Assembly: GCA_964057225.1 (NCBI GenBank)
Contig: OZ059894.1
Location: 16,368,001 to 16,432,000, forward strand
Reading direction: 5' to 3'
DNA length: 64,000 nucleotides
Origin: Auanema rhodensis
Lineage: Eukaryota > Animalia > Nematoda
Below, in pieces: positions 13,878 through 27,012 of this stretch (positions are counted from its first letter, which is position 1; every line of letters starts with the position of its first letter). The notes under the pieces are model-generated. The model had not been told where the DNA came from and did not search any database. It was given only the letters and a program-made list of their open reading frames with translations. A program made the position numbers and the translations under genes.

Positions 13878-16800
13878 GCAATAGCGGGTTGGCTGGAAGC
13901 CTGTCCAGTCTTGCCCGAGGAGTGTCCTTGTTGTTCTTTAACTTCTTTCTCACCCCTTCCTCCCCGCATCTCATCAACCATTTTCTTCTTATTTTTATCT
14001 CATTTTCTCATTTTTTTGTTCTCTTGTCCTGCCATAGTGCTTATTATCAGTGATATTCTTGTCACATTAACAGAAAGTAATCTTATCATCCGACTTCATG
14101 CCCCCCATTTCATCCTCGAAGTTTCAGAAATAATGGAATACAGTTCAAACTTTCTGTTCGTTCACTTTTTCAGTTGGTCCTCATGTTATGAGCTGCCTTT
14201 CATTCGTGGCAACTGAATCTAGCCTGTATACCTCTCTCTTTCTTTCTTTTCATGAGTTTTCAATGCTGTTTTGAAAATGTTCTGTTTTTCTTTTGCATTT
14301 TTTCTACGTTTCTTCATTTGATTTATTCTTCAGGTATATTTCAAAAGAAAGAAAGATGGCCTTCAGCTTTTGCAATCATATTACCTAATGGCATCCAGTT
14401 ATTGACGTTCATAACGCATAGTTAATAAGATTCAGAAGGGAGCTTGATGACGTGACGTTGACACTCCCTGCGCTATTTCCTCTTTCCTTTTATCTTCTTC
14501 ACTCCCTCCTCATTTCTCTCGTTTCTCCTTTTTCTAACAATAACAAGAAAATCGTGAAACTTCAAATGCCATTCATCATAAATTTCTCAGCTCAATCTAA
14601 AAGTTTTCACGACAATCAATAAAGTTACAGTAGCATTTTGTGAACATCATCATCTTCACTATAGTCTCAGCAGATCATGTTATTCAAATTTCTTCGTATG
14701 ATCATCAGAAGTCATTGACTAGTATCTCTGTCACCACTATAGCCAGAACACCATCATCATCAACACTAACTCCATCGTCTTCGTGCGTCAAGCAAATACT
14801 TATCCAAACCTCCAAATCTCAGTTTTTTTTCATCTTTACAATCATTCAAGAAACATAACTTCTATCGAACAACTAAATTTAGAAGCATTATTCATCTTTT
14901 CTTCCGTTTTGAACTTCAAATACATTTCCTTTATTTCAATATATTTAAGTGAAAATAGCAATTTCTTCTTTTGTTTTCTTTTTTTCCCAAAACGTTTGAT
15001 CATCATTATTCCTCGCTTTTTCAACATTATGTCAAAATTTATATCTTTTTTTCAATTTATTTAATTGAATTGAAATTCTTTTAAACTAAAAATTTACTTT
15101 GAATAAATTATAATTTTTTTCTTTATTCTAAGAAATTATAATCATCTTTTCAAATAATATTAATTATTATTGTTTTAATCAATATTATATAGGTTTTTTC
15201 CTATTTTTGACTGTAGTATGATCTTCTTTCATAAATATCACATCACCACATAACGTCACCATAGCCTTCTTAATATCAACATTACCCTATACCCTCCAGC
15301 ATTTAGAATTTCATAGTATCTTTCTCTCTCTCTGTCTCTCTCTCTCTCTCTTTATCTCTTTATCTATTTCCTTGCCTTTTTTAGGTTTTCTCATAGTTCT
15401 CTCATTTACAATACCAGATAAACGAAAATAAAAGAAACCGTCTGAACAAATAAAACTAAAATTCTGATTATGCTCAGTATTTTACTGAATTGATCAAAAT
15501 ATTTAAAAAATAATAATATTATAACACGAATATCCGTTTTTAAGCAATTTCTTTCAATCTTTTCTTAGTTAAATATATATCATACATAGAAAAGCTTATC
15601 AACTAACAAAAGTTTTTTATATCATATTCAATCTGTTGTTTGAATTTCTCTCACTCCTCTCCAGCTGTGTACCGGCAATTTTGTTCTCCAAATAAGCTTC
15701 AAAATTTTCTTTTTCGTTCTTCTTCTTATGTCATTTCCATATCTAGTTTATAATTCTGCTTCAAAGAACTATTTCATATAGTTTACACGTATTCACGTGA
15801 ATATTTCATATACCATTTTCATTGTTTGGTAATGTAGTCATTGAGAACGGTTGGTTGAATGAATCGTTTATCACTTTTTGTCCTCTTCTCATTTGTCTTT
15901 CATCCTCTAGTTAATTCAAATCATGTTGTTAATTAGCTCCAAAAATCGATTTCTTGCCCATTCTATGCGTTTAGTCAGCTGATTCTCAAGAAATTTTGAA
16001 ATAAAACCTTTTAGTTTTTCATTTCTTTCTCTTTCTCTCTCTCTCTCTTTATTTTACCTCATTCTTTTACCTTACATTCATCAATAAAACAGCCAATGAT
16101 CATGTTCACAAACTTCTGTTTCTAATACTTCGCCCCCGTTTTTTTTTCGGAAAAAAAAAAGAATGACGATAGTTATGAGAGAATAAATATTTTCGAGATA
16201 TTATATAGATAAAGATACGTTAAAAGTTTGTTAGTTATAGGATATTGAAGAGTAAGAGATGGTTGAAGATGGGATATGAACAAAATCCACGTGATCTTAT
16301 GTCAGACTCTCTCTCTCCCTCCTTTTCTCTCTCTTTTTCCCTCTCTATATCTCTCTTACTCTCTCCTTTTTTGCTAGTGCTTCTCTTTCTCTCTCAGCTT
16401 TTCTCTCTTTGTCTTCTTTCTTCATTCCTATCTATACTTCTCTCTTCTCATTTTTATTTTACACACACTCTTCGTTCTCTCATATCTATCGTCTTGTCGT
16501 CAAATTGTCTGCCTGAACCAAAACCTCCAGTACTATTTCACTTTTTTTTCTTCAAGCAGTTTTATTTCGTTTATTGTATTTTAAAGTTTTGCCAATGAGT
16601 AGCCATAATATAAGTTTGTTTTGAATTATTTGAGAAAAACATACAGAAAACTACTTTTTCTTTATATTCATTATCAATCTTTCATTTTATTCTATTACTA
16701 TATAAGCTGTAAACGCCTTATTTAGACCTAATTGACACCAAGAGGGGGAGAAGGAAGAACTAGACATAGAGGAAAAATAGAAATACTATAGAGGCGCAGA

Positions 16801-18537
16801 CAGTAGAGAGGTTTTAGGTTCTCGCCATCTCAAAGAGCTAGCACCATCTGGCAACTTTTCGGTTAGCCTACAACATCATCAAGAGCTCCTGCTGCTCTGA
16901 GATCGGATCTCCATGCCTAACCTCTCATTTAGTTAGCTGCTTTATCTCTCGCTCGCTCTCTCCCTAATTCTTTTTCCACATTTCTCTTCATATTCTCTGT
17001 TACGTCCACTCTAGCCATACTCTCTAATACCTTTTCTGGCTTGACCATCATGTGCTGACCAGTCAACCAGGCTAACCTCTCCCTCCTCAGCATGCCCAAC
17101 CTCCCTTCATCCTTCCAATCCTGTCAGTTGACCTCGTGACTATCGTCCACGCAGGGTCTCAGCAGCGGTCCCAGCCCAATTTCTGTGAAAGCCTCTCACT
17201 CATATTGTTTATTCTTGTTAGAAAATGCATGTTTTACATATATTTTCAGCCAAATTTACCAAAAACTAAGACAAAAAGACGATGTATACTTGGCTAGAGG
17301 CTAGAAGTTTTGATCTTGATTTCTCTTTTCATTTTCCCGCCTAGATATGCCTCAACATACACAAAAAGCAATTTTAATATTTCTTCTGTTGGCACAAGCA
17401 TTATCACTCGTATTTGATGTCTTCTAACTGCCGTCAACAACACCGAAACAGCTTTTTTCGATAATTTTATTTATTTTTCCTCTTCACTTCTTCTTCTAAA
17501 ATTCTTTTCTTATTTTTTGAATAAATCCATAAGTTTCTCATTTTCATTCGTGTTGACACGTTTGTCTTGATTCTAATTCTCTTCGAGTTCAAATCTTTGA
17601 AATCAGATTATAATCAAGTCTCTTGTTATCAGAAAGATGTGATTAGATTTCATATTTGGTTAAAAAAAATTTATATTTTGCCCTCTGTTTTCAATATCTC
17701 TCCATCTATTCTGATTCTAAATGAATAATAGAATTCTCTTCTTGTATTATGAAATATTCTGCCAATAGTTTGTTCATCATCGCGTAATGTTTTGCAATAG
17801 AACTGTATGAGGTTTTCTGTTCAAAGAGATAGAAAAGCAAAACAGTTTTTTTTAATTTTCAAAATAGAAAACATGAAAACTTTTTTTTTCTGAAAACAGA
17901 TAATCAGATTATATAATCATTATATATAAAAAGAATTATTATAGTTTAAAATGAAGATAATTCAAGCATTAATCATCTCTAATTTCGATCATAATAAACT
18001 AGACAGACGTTTATATACTATTTTTCCTTTTGAAGATGATTACTAAAGCTGAAGTTTACAAGCTTTATACTAGCTAATTATCTTCTTTATGAAACAACGG
18101 CCTTCAGAAAAAGCTTAATAAAATCTAAAACTAGTTTTATGTTTAAATTGCTTCAGCACTGAAGTTGTAAGTAAAAGTAAACTTGATGTAGTTCTGTGAG
18201 ATTCATCCTATCCGCACTTCAAGCTGTTCAATCTTTGTAGACGTTTACCGCTCAAATGACGTAGCTAAATTGAACCAGGACTCAGTCTCAACAACACAAT
18301 TTCAAAGAATTTGTAGCTTTTTATAACATTTTTCATAAATTTATAATATGTCATTAAACATATAATATTTATACTTTGTTCTCATTTCTTCTAATCTTAT
18401 CACTTTCCTTTTTTTTTCAAATTCTCCTTCTTATATTATTTCTTCAGTTTTATTGAAAATATTCAATTTTCCAATATTAATATTGAATTTATTCCAGAAT
18501 CGCTGGTCGATTTTCCTCCCCCGTCAATCGTCCCTCA

Positions 18538-18777
18538 ATGTCCGTTGCCGCTTCTGAAACTCAGGAGTTTATCAATGATTTCAAGTAAGTTATAATTCAT
18601 ATTTTGATCATAAAATCAAAAAGATATTTGGTACAAAAAAGGGAAAATAAAGTGATATCGTCCTTTATTCATGTAACATATGTCAAAAACATAAAAATGT
18701 GCTCAATATCCTTCATACTAAAATACAAAAACAGGTGTTAAATACAGCTATAAAGAGAGGAAAAAAGGAACAGAAAA

Positions 18778-18824
<47 letters not shown>

Positions 18825-20165
18825 CCGTACGACTTCCATTGCATCGCCCACAGCAAAGTATGTGTGTGTGTGTGTGTGTGAATGATTGAGAACGATTAGG
18901 TAAAAACGAATGTTAAAACAAAGGAACACCACTTAATCATTTGGTCTCATGACATCTATAACTGTTCTCGTAGAGTCAGATTCAGAAGGGTTTATATTTA
19001 ACGACCTGACAACCACAACGTGCGATGACGTTATAGGGGTATCGTCGTTCCTCTCATTTAGTGAGCCATGTGCTGGACATCTGGTTTTTCATTTAAAAAC
19101 CTTTCTTATGATCATTTTTCTCTCAAGATCGTTCAAGATGTCTCATTAGTAATCAGATGTTATGCTCACCCCCCCCCCCAAAACGATGTTTTTGTTTTCG
19201 TAAAATGTTTTCTAAGATTTTTTTTGTTCTGACCACTTCCTATAAGATATACAACATCTTCAACCCCTTTTCCCTTTTCACTTGCTATCCCTCTCTCTCT
19301 TTCTTCCTCTCTTTCGCTCTCTGTCTAAATCATTTCCTTCTTTTCTTTGATTATTCTGACTACACTATACTTTGCCGATATCAAGTATTCAGTGGACGGA
19401 AACATCAGAAGACTTTGTCACAATTGGACATGCAAAGGACGCTTTTTTCAATGTGGCACCTTGTCCAATACAAGATTGTGCTTAGGTCAGATGCTCAAAT
19501 ATCAGAGAAAGGGAGAGAAAAATGAAGCATGACGAGTGAAATAGTACATGACAAGTAGAAGAATACATTATGATTTACATTTCAAACGAATGATTTGTTT
19601 TTATTATATGTTATCAGATCATTAATACAATTCAAATTAACGTCATTTTCTCAATTTTGTATCTTCTTCTTTATTAAAGAAGAAGAAGTCATGATAATTG
19701 AAATGATTTCCTAATTATGATTCATGCTTCTCATATCACGTGGTTATCAGTTTTTTGTGGTCCAATATAACAGCGAAAAAATCAGAAAAATTATCGAAAA
19801 GAAGAAGGCGGAATGGCAGACTACAGACAATATTTATTGATAAGAAAATTAACAACAATCATTCTAAATATAAAATAAAATAGAGAGAGAGAGAGAGAGA
19901 GAGAAGTCAAAAAAGGCAGCGATAAAAGAAGGAAGGAAGGAACAATAATCAGAAGACATGATGCCTTTTGATTAATCTCGGAAGAAAAAAAAATAAGAAT
20001 AGAGAGAGAAATAAACACAATGTTAGAGAATCAGAAATGATAATAAAAAAATAATTGTTCTTTGTGCTTTTTTTAATTTATTGAAGATATGATATGATAA
20101 TAATGAAAATACATTAAAATAATGGTGATGGATAGATAGATAAAGAGGGAAAGGTAGAGAGAGAA

Positions 20166-20217
<52 letters not shown>

Positions 20218-23200
20218 GTATAGTTTGAAGAGAAACCTTGTAAACAAATTCAATAACCAAAGAAAATTATGTCAGAATATGGGCGGAGCTATAGTTGTGA
20301 AATCGTATGTCACTATCGCCTGACTCATTGAAATCTTCTGTATATATAAGCTGCGTTAAAACAGAATTCTCTTGTATTTCTACTAATCATATTGAAGAAT
20401 AAAGTATTCATCCAATACTATACTATTATCAAATTTAATAATTATGTCTTCAACATCATCATTAACTATGACACCAACCTGCAGCTATAACAGGTACTTA
20501 ACGTTTTGAAGCATTTACTTTTGATGCTTTTTCAACAATTTTCAAATTATGCCATCGTTTGTTGGCATGATGCGCAATTTTCTACTTGTTGACCAGTTTT
20601 TACTTTCCCGAAAAGCTTTTTTTATTTTTTGAAATATTTTCTTTTTCATTGCCCAATGTGTCTGAACCTCTTCCAACTATCTTAGTTTCCTTCTTGACGT
20701 CAACTGTTTGAATGACCTAAAGCTGTACGTCAATCAGATCGTCCCAGATAGTTTGTGCCAATGGTTTTTTCTTAAATCTGCCATCGGGGCTTTTTTGGGG
20801 CAAAGATTCGATGTTTGTTCCAACGATTTACACAAACAAAATAGTCCCATAGTTCGTCTAGTTTTCAGATGAAATTAGCGTGAAAAAAATTTCCGATTGT
20901 CAACATGTGTTATTATAAGCGAAGTTTTTCTTTTCTGACTTTCAAACACAAATAATGAATTGAATTTTTCGTCACAGACGTTAGATACTTCGGGAAAGAA
21001 ATGTATATTTATGAATTTCTTAGAGAAGTTTGAGAGGTTTTTGAATGAAATAAGATTCTTTGACTTACAATTTACTATTTGTAAACTTCTTATCTAACTA
21101 TCTTATAAAGTTCATGGAAGGCTTTTTCCGGTTTCTATGTCTTGTGAATTCATTCTTTACCAAACCCCACTCACACTAAACATCATACATTCAATACATC
21201 ATGACTAGGGACTCTCATGTGACGACGATATTCAGAAAATGAAAGAATAGGTGAAGGAACATGTGACATACAGCTAACCAATGGGTCCGTTTGTCTGTAT
21301 TTCAGGTGATAATACATTGACGGAAAACGGGCGTTGGTTTTTGATTTGCATCTTTCATGAAAAATAAAATTCCGAAGAATTGTAAAAGCAATAACCTATT
21401 TTAATCTTCTAGCATTAAAATGCTGTGAAAATAAAAAGTGAAAAGCTGAAATAAAAATATTTTTTTTTGTTTTAACTTTACCAAATAAAATTAATTCTTA
21501 TGAAGAAATTTCTTATCATCTTATCCAACAAATGCGTCATAAGGTTTGGCTGACAACCAGACAAACTGACTACTACTTCCAAACACTTCTGTCGTTATCG
21601 AAATTTTGAAAAAGAAATAGTGAAATCATTCCTATTTGTTATGAAACAAGTTATGATTTTGCCATAGATTGCTCAATATTACGCAATATACACAACATAT
21701 TTCGAAAGAGAGTTGACTCAGCTGAGCTTAGATCTCTCTTTAGTCTTCATATGTCTAATAATAATAATAATAATGATATTATTAAACTTTTCTATAATAT
21801 TTATACTAATTATATTTGTTTTCAGTGAGACTGATTTTCCGTATTTGAATGCGAAAGTTGAGAAGCGCGCGGATAAAGGGCGACGATGCGGGGCGGAACG
21901 ACGTGCCCTTCGACGTCAAGGAGGCAAGCATTACGTTTCGATCACCAAGATCGTTGCGGATCCTCAGGATGTTCTGAGCCATGTAAGCTATCATGGAAAT
22001 GCCATCAGATCTTACTTCTCTTATTTGTAGAAACGCAAGGCTCGTCTTCTCAAGGGATGTGCTGACAACATGGCTGTGGATGTGGAGTATTCCATGAATC
22101 GTAATAAGCGTTGGGAATTGGAACCATCTGATATTCTCGAGAATGTCGTCGATGATGAAGATGTGGACGTTGCTGTTGCTGAGGCTAACCGTACTCGTCT
22201 TCCACATGGAATCATTAAGATCAGCACCATTCACAAGTTGGATCAGGATGGATGTGTTAAGACACGTAGTGTCACTGGACCTGGATCCTCTCTTAACGTC
22301 ATGTTGAGAAATGATGAGAACTTACCTGACACTGATGAGAAGAACTGTGTTGGAAAGAAGGCAGCGATCGTGTACCGCATTGACAGAAAGCATAAGAATA
22401 CCCGTGTCTTTGCTGGAGAATCTGAGAGTAAGAATAGAAATTGAAGTTACTAATATTATTATTTTGTTTTCTAGAAAAGAACCCTTTCATGGAGTACAAG
22501 CCACGTAGACGCAACAAGATGATTGATATGTCAGAACTTGAGACATCTGAGATGGAGAACAGCGTTCATTTGGATGAGAACGAGACTTACAAGCCAAGCC
22601 GAGATTTCAAATTCTCGTTGGGCGACTACATCAAAGCCTCCAACAACGTGGCTGTTAACGTTCGTCGTCAAAGCATTGAGAGCATCAAGAATATCGAAGA
22701 GATCGATAAGGATGAACTTCCAAAAGGTCCTCGTCCATTTGATCTTCTCGATATTTCTGCTGCAACCAACACAGAAAATGTCTTTGAACGCGTTCATTTG
22801 AACATTTCTGATTGGTCTGAATACAATTTCTGCCAACAAGTTGAAGATATTTGCTCTGATGAAGAAATTCTTGTTAAATGGCTTGATCCCAGCCACCTTC
22901 GTGTATCAATTGATTTGACTGCTAAGCTTGGAATATCTGATCGTCCAGAATTTATGTTGGTATTGGATAGAACTCGTAAAGCACACATTGGGTAAGATAA
23001 ATGAGAAAAGACTTTTACTAATTTCCTTAATCTTCAGAGTTATGTTGAGCACAACGGTCCCTGCAGTTGGACCAATGAGCGATCACATTCTTAAAAATAT
23101 CCTTACACACCAGAAAGCTTCCAACGTTGATGACATCGTCAGAATTTTGTTGACCCTTGTTAAAGAATGGAAAGTTAGGTTAGTATAATTATATAATTAT

Positions 23201-24939
23201 TTTATTTATATTTTAATATTTTTCAGACAAAATAAGGTTGAAGCTGAGAAAGCTTTAGTTCCAAAGGAGAGTCTCCGCAGTACAGTCAACAGTCATACGT
23301 TGTCTAATGCAGCTACTGTTGTAACTGAATTCCATATGGCTGATATTCTGCGTTTCGAAGCTGGAAGCTTCGATGACGATCCATTCGAACGTATTTCTGA
23401 TGATGAATTCTCATCTGAGGAAGATGCTCAAGGCTTTGAAATGAACATTGTTCCTTCATCTAAGCTTAGATGCGCTATTTGCGAGAAATCACAAATTGAA
23501 GATTTGTTTGAAATGGATGATAGCTGGCAATGTATTTCATGTGCTCGTCAATGCATCTTAACTCAGATCAGAACAAAGAATCTTCCTGTTGAAGCTTCCG
23601 TAAGTATTTATATTCTTATTTATAATATTAACATATAATTATCTTAATTAATTATATATTTTATGTAAAAATAACTTTGAAATATTAATTTTGCCATTTT
23701 TCTAAAACGTCAATGCTAATTAAGAATTTTCATTTTAATTAATAATTCGCATTCAGCAGTTGCATTTCATATTCAAATTTTATTATTTTTTAAGTTTATT
23801 ATTATATTTTTATATTTTAGTTTGTTACTGATGGTGATAGTACTCCATATGATGTTTTACCTGCTATTCTCCCACTTCCACTCTTCAACTTCTATACCAA
23901 GGTTGCTGCCATGGAAGTTTTAAGCAATGCTGAAGACGAGATCAACGATCTTACGGATTGTCCTGGATGTAATAAAGTAGTCAAAATCCAAAGACCAAAT
24001 GGTAATCATATTCAAATATTATATATTTTTCTAATTATTATATTATTTTAGAACATTCGTCATGCTGCTGCACAGGATGTGGAACCATGTGGTGTACTGA
24101 ATGTAAGAATGAGCCTCACTGGCCATTAGATTGCAATGAGTTTGCTGAATGGTCCGATAAATGGCATAAGCAATGTGAGTTTTAATATTTATTTCATTTA
24201 TAATGGTTTATTCTATATATTTTTAGATCCATCTGGTCTTCCTCGTGAGTATCTTACTCGTTTCCTGAAGTCTTTTGCTTGTGATTGTGGTGCTATGGTC
24301 GTCGTCCCAGATATTTCTGAAGAGACTGTTCGCTGCAAGTCTTGCTTCAAGACCTGTGATCCATCCATGATTGTTGCTCCAAAAGTCAACTATTCTATCA
24401 AAAGCAAAGCTAATGCCTCGGGAACTGAGGTTTCACCAAAGGAACTTGCCCATGTCAGCCGCACAGCTCAGATGATCAAGAAGGAAATTGCTGAGCCATG
24501 TGCTCGTGCACGTCTTGAACGTTTTTCCAAACCTAAAGTCAAGTTTGTTAAAGCTGTTCGCCAATACAAGAACATTCCAATTGGAAAGATTCATGATTTG
24601 AGAAGAACAGTGAGTTTTACTTGTTTGAACAAAGCATCATTGAAATCAATTCAGGTTCTCTTCATCGTTGAATACGGATTGGCAAAAATCTACTTAACCA
24701 AGAAAGTACCTCAGGGATTAAAGGGCTCTCTGATGCAGTTGCTCAGATTGCTCGAAGAATTGGTTCAAGATATTGAAAATGTCAAGTAAGTTTTAACTTT
24801 TCTTTGAAGCAATTAGCATGATCAGTTGTGAACATTCATATCTTTCTCTTTCAGACCATGTGTCGACGAGCGTGTCAAAACCCTTGAAAGCGCTCTTGAC
24901 AAAGTTCTTGAGCAATTCAAAGTCAACGATCTTGTATAA
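18538..24939 (+). CDS. RBR/Ariadne-like IBR-domain protein, ~844 aa, 11 exons (degenerate RING1 and RING2)
   Basis: Phase-consistent GT-AG exon chain: 18538-18584, 21826-21982, 22031-22427, 22475-22991, 23038-23178, 23227-23599, 23821-24001, 24052-24174, 24227-24609, 24655-24785, 24855-24939 (2535 nt). An acidic patch (SDDEFSSEED) precedes CAIC...CISC; IBR reads CPGC..CTGCGTMWCTECKNEPHWPLDC; the C-terminus looks helical. Exon 1 is the least certain; its upstream ATTCCAG (18497) may be a trans-splice site. Confidence 0.85.
18783..18880. repeat. (AG)n and nearby (TG)n microsatellites
   Basis: (AG)n 18783-18819; (TG)10 18861-18880. Confidence 0.9.
20281..20350 (+). promoter_or_regulatory. Internal core promoter: GC box, TGACTCA (AP-1-type) site, TATA box
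   Basis: GGGCGGAGC (20281), TGACTCA (20321), GTATATATAAG (20340-20350), in plausible order upstream of the alternative first exon. Confidence 0.55.
20444..20493 (+). CDS. Alternative first coding exon of the RBR-like gene (MSSTSSLTMTPTCSYN+AG)
   Basis: ATG at 20444, 16 codons + 2 nt, then CAG|GTACTT. Phase 2 matches the acceptor at 21825. Lies ~95 nt downstream of a TATA box. Confidence 0.6.
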
Positions 24940-27012
24940 ATTTGTACATAACTTTAATTCATATAATCACATCTAGATCGTAATCAATTGCTATCGTTCT
25001 ACTCTTAATGCACCGGTTTAATAAACCCTTCCCTACCACCCATCCTGATTTTCTGCTAGAAGTCAATCATATATATATATAATATACATTTGTGATTTAA
25101 TCTTTTTTTTAAAACCCCAAAAAAAACTTTTTAAAAAGTTGTAAAATAATTAATTTGCACTTAGAAGTCGTACAGGATAATCAGACCAGGAATGTATTTA
25201 TACGTGAAAGTTTTAGTCATAAGAGCCATGTAAATAGTTGTTTATATATCTATATTTCTTTTTTTTTTTTGGTATTCTCAGTGTCTGCCTCTAGTTAGCC
25301 AGCTGGTCATAAGCTACTTTCTATGATTTATTTCAACCCAAAATTCAGCTGCATTGTAGATAGTATGTATGTATATCATCTTTCTCACTCTCTCTCTCTC
25401 ACACACACACACACTCTCTCTCTCTCTTTATATATATATATATTTCTGTAAATAAGGAATTGAATTTCTTATTGCATTCTAAAACACACCAGATTTAAAG
25501 TATCTTAACTCTCATAAAGTGATTGTTGTGTCGATGCCAGGCACACGACACTAGATGGAATCAATGAACTACCTTAGGTGTATATGTGCAGATATAAGTA
25601 ATTAGGTGTTTGATTTTGGATCAGAACTTAGATCAGCCATACTACCTACACCAAGAGTCAATTCATTGTTCCAAGCAAAAATGGCATCAAAATTAGTTGT
25701 ATTCATTCATTCAGCACTCAATTCATCATTAATTTCTTGAAATATGTATGATTGAATAGGATGTTATGGTTTTGATACAGCATTCTAAAAGTATTTGCGA
25801 TCATTATATTAGCTTAAAATCTCTTTTAGAGTAATTATAATGATCTATGTACAGATTACAATTAATAGAAATGATATATTATCTCTTTTTCTTTTTGTAT
25901 TATATGTATATTTTCAATATTCCTTATGAGCTAGTCTCAGTTGTATTTAGTCCGTATTAATATGTGCCTCTAAAGCAAGGAAAATCCATAAAAACATTAA
26001 TATTTTGAACAAAATTTTCAAAAAAAAACGATTTCCTTGAATAGTCTACAATGCTATCGATAGGATTGGAACATGACATCTATCTCGTTATGTACCTTGA
26101 CGTCATTTGCTGAAACCATTTATTTTCGGCAAATAACGTGGTTTTCGAGTCCCTTGATATGATCATATGAGAGTCTTCTAATCGATTAGTTTGTAGACTA
26201 AGAAGACCTATGGAGATTGCAAAGTTCATAGGAGAATGACATCATCTTCACCGACTTTCATTCATCATTGACTCTCACTCTAGAGAATGTTCTCTATAAC
26301 CTTAATATAGGTGTCGCGGAAAACTTTCTCAACTTTTGCAGAAATGTAACTATTTGGTTTCTCTCTGTAATCATGCCTTCTTCTTCTTTATCCCCTTACT
26401 CTGTTTAACATCCGTTTCTTCTCTCTAAACCTTTTTACTCTTTAAAGTTTATTTGACATTTGCGGACAATAGTGCTGGGCACTAAACACACCTTTCCCAG
26501 CTAGTATTCAATCTATAGTATAATCATTCTCTGTCTCCACCCCCTCTTTGTCTCCGCCCCTCTCCCTCTCTCTCTATATATATATGTAGAGAGAAAAAAA
26601 AGCTTCATTGTATTTTAAATCTTCTTTTACTTCGATTTGTAGATTTATTTATTCAATTTTACAATTACATTTTACTTTAAAACAATATAACTAAATGAAG
26701 CAGTTTTACTGTTTTCAATTTTAATAAATATTAGTTTTATTATGTTTTTTTTATAATTTTTTATCAATTAATGTTGCTAATCAACATAATATCGTTATAT
26801 GAAACAGAATATTAAACATGAAAATTATGTCCACGTCATATTTAAAGAAAACGGGTGGTGTTTAGTAGTATTGAATCCAAACGAATTTTCTCTCGTTATT
26901 GATTTTTCCAGCTAAGAACACGTAACATTACTTCTTTTGCATTGCTCTTTAATGCTACATAACATCATCCATAAAGCACATATTTTTTTAAGTTTTAAAG
27001 TTTATCTCTTAG

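Noticed and set aside
664-18400. Numerous short ORFs in the ORF track
   Set aside because: Low-complexity S/L/F/E/R translations of microsatellites, with no domain or phase-consistent exon chain.
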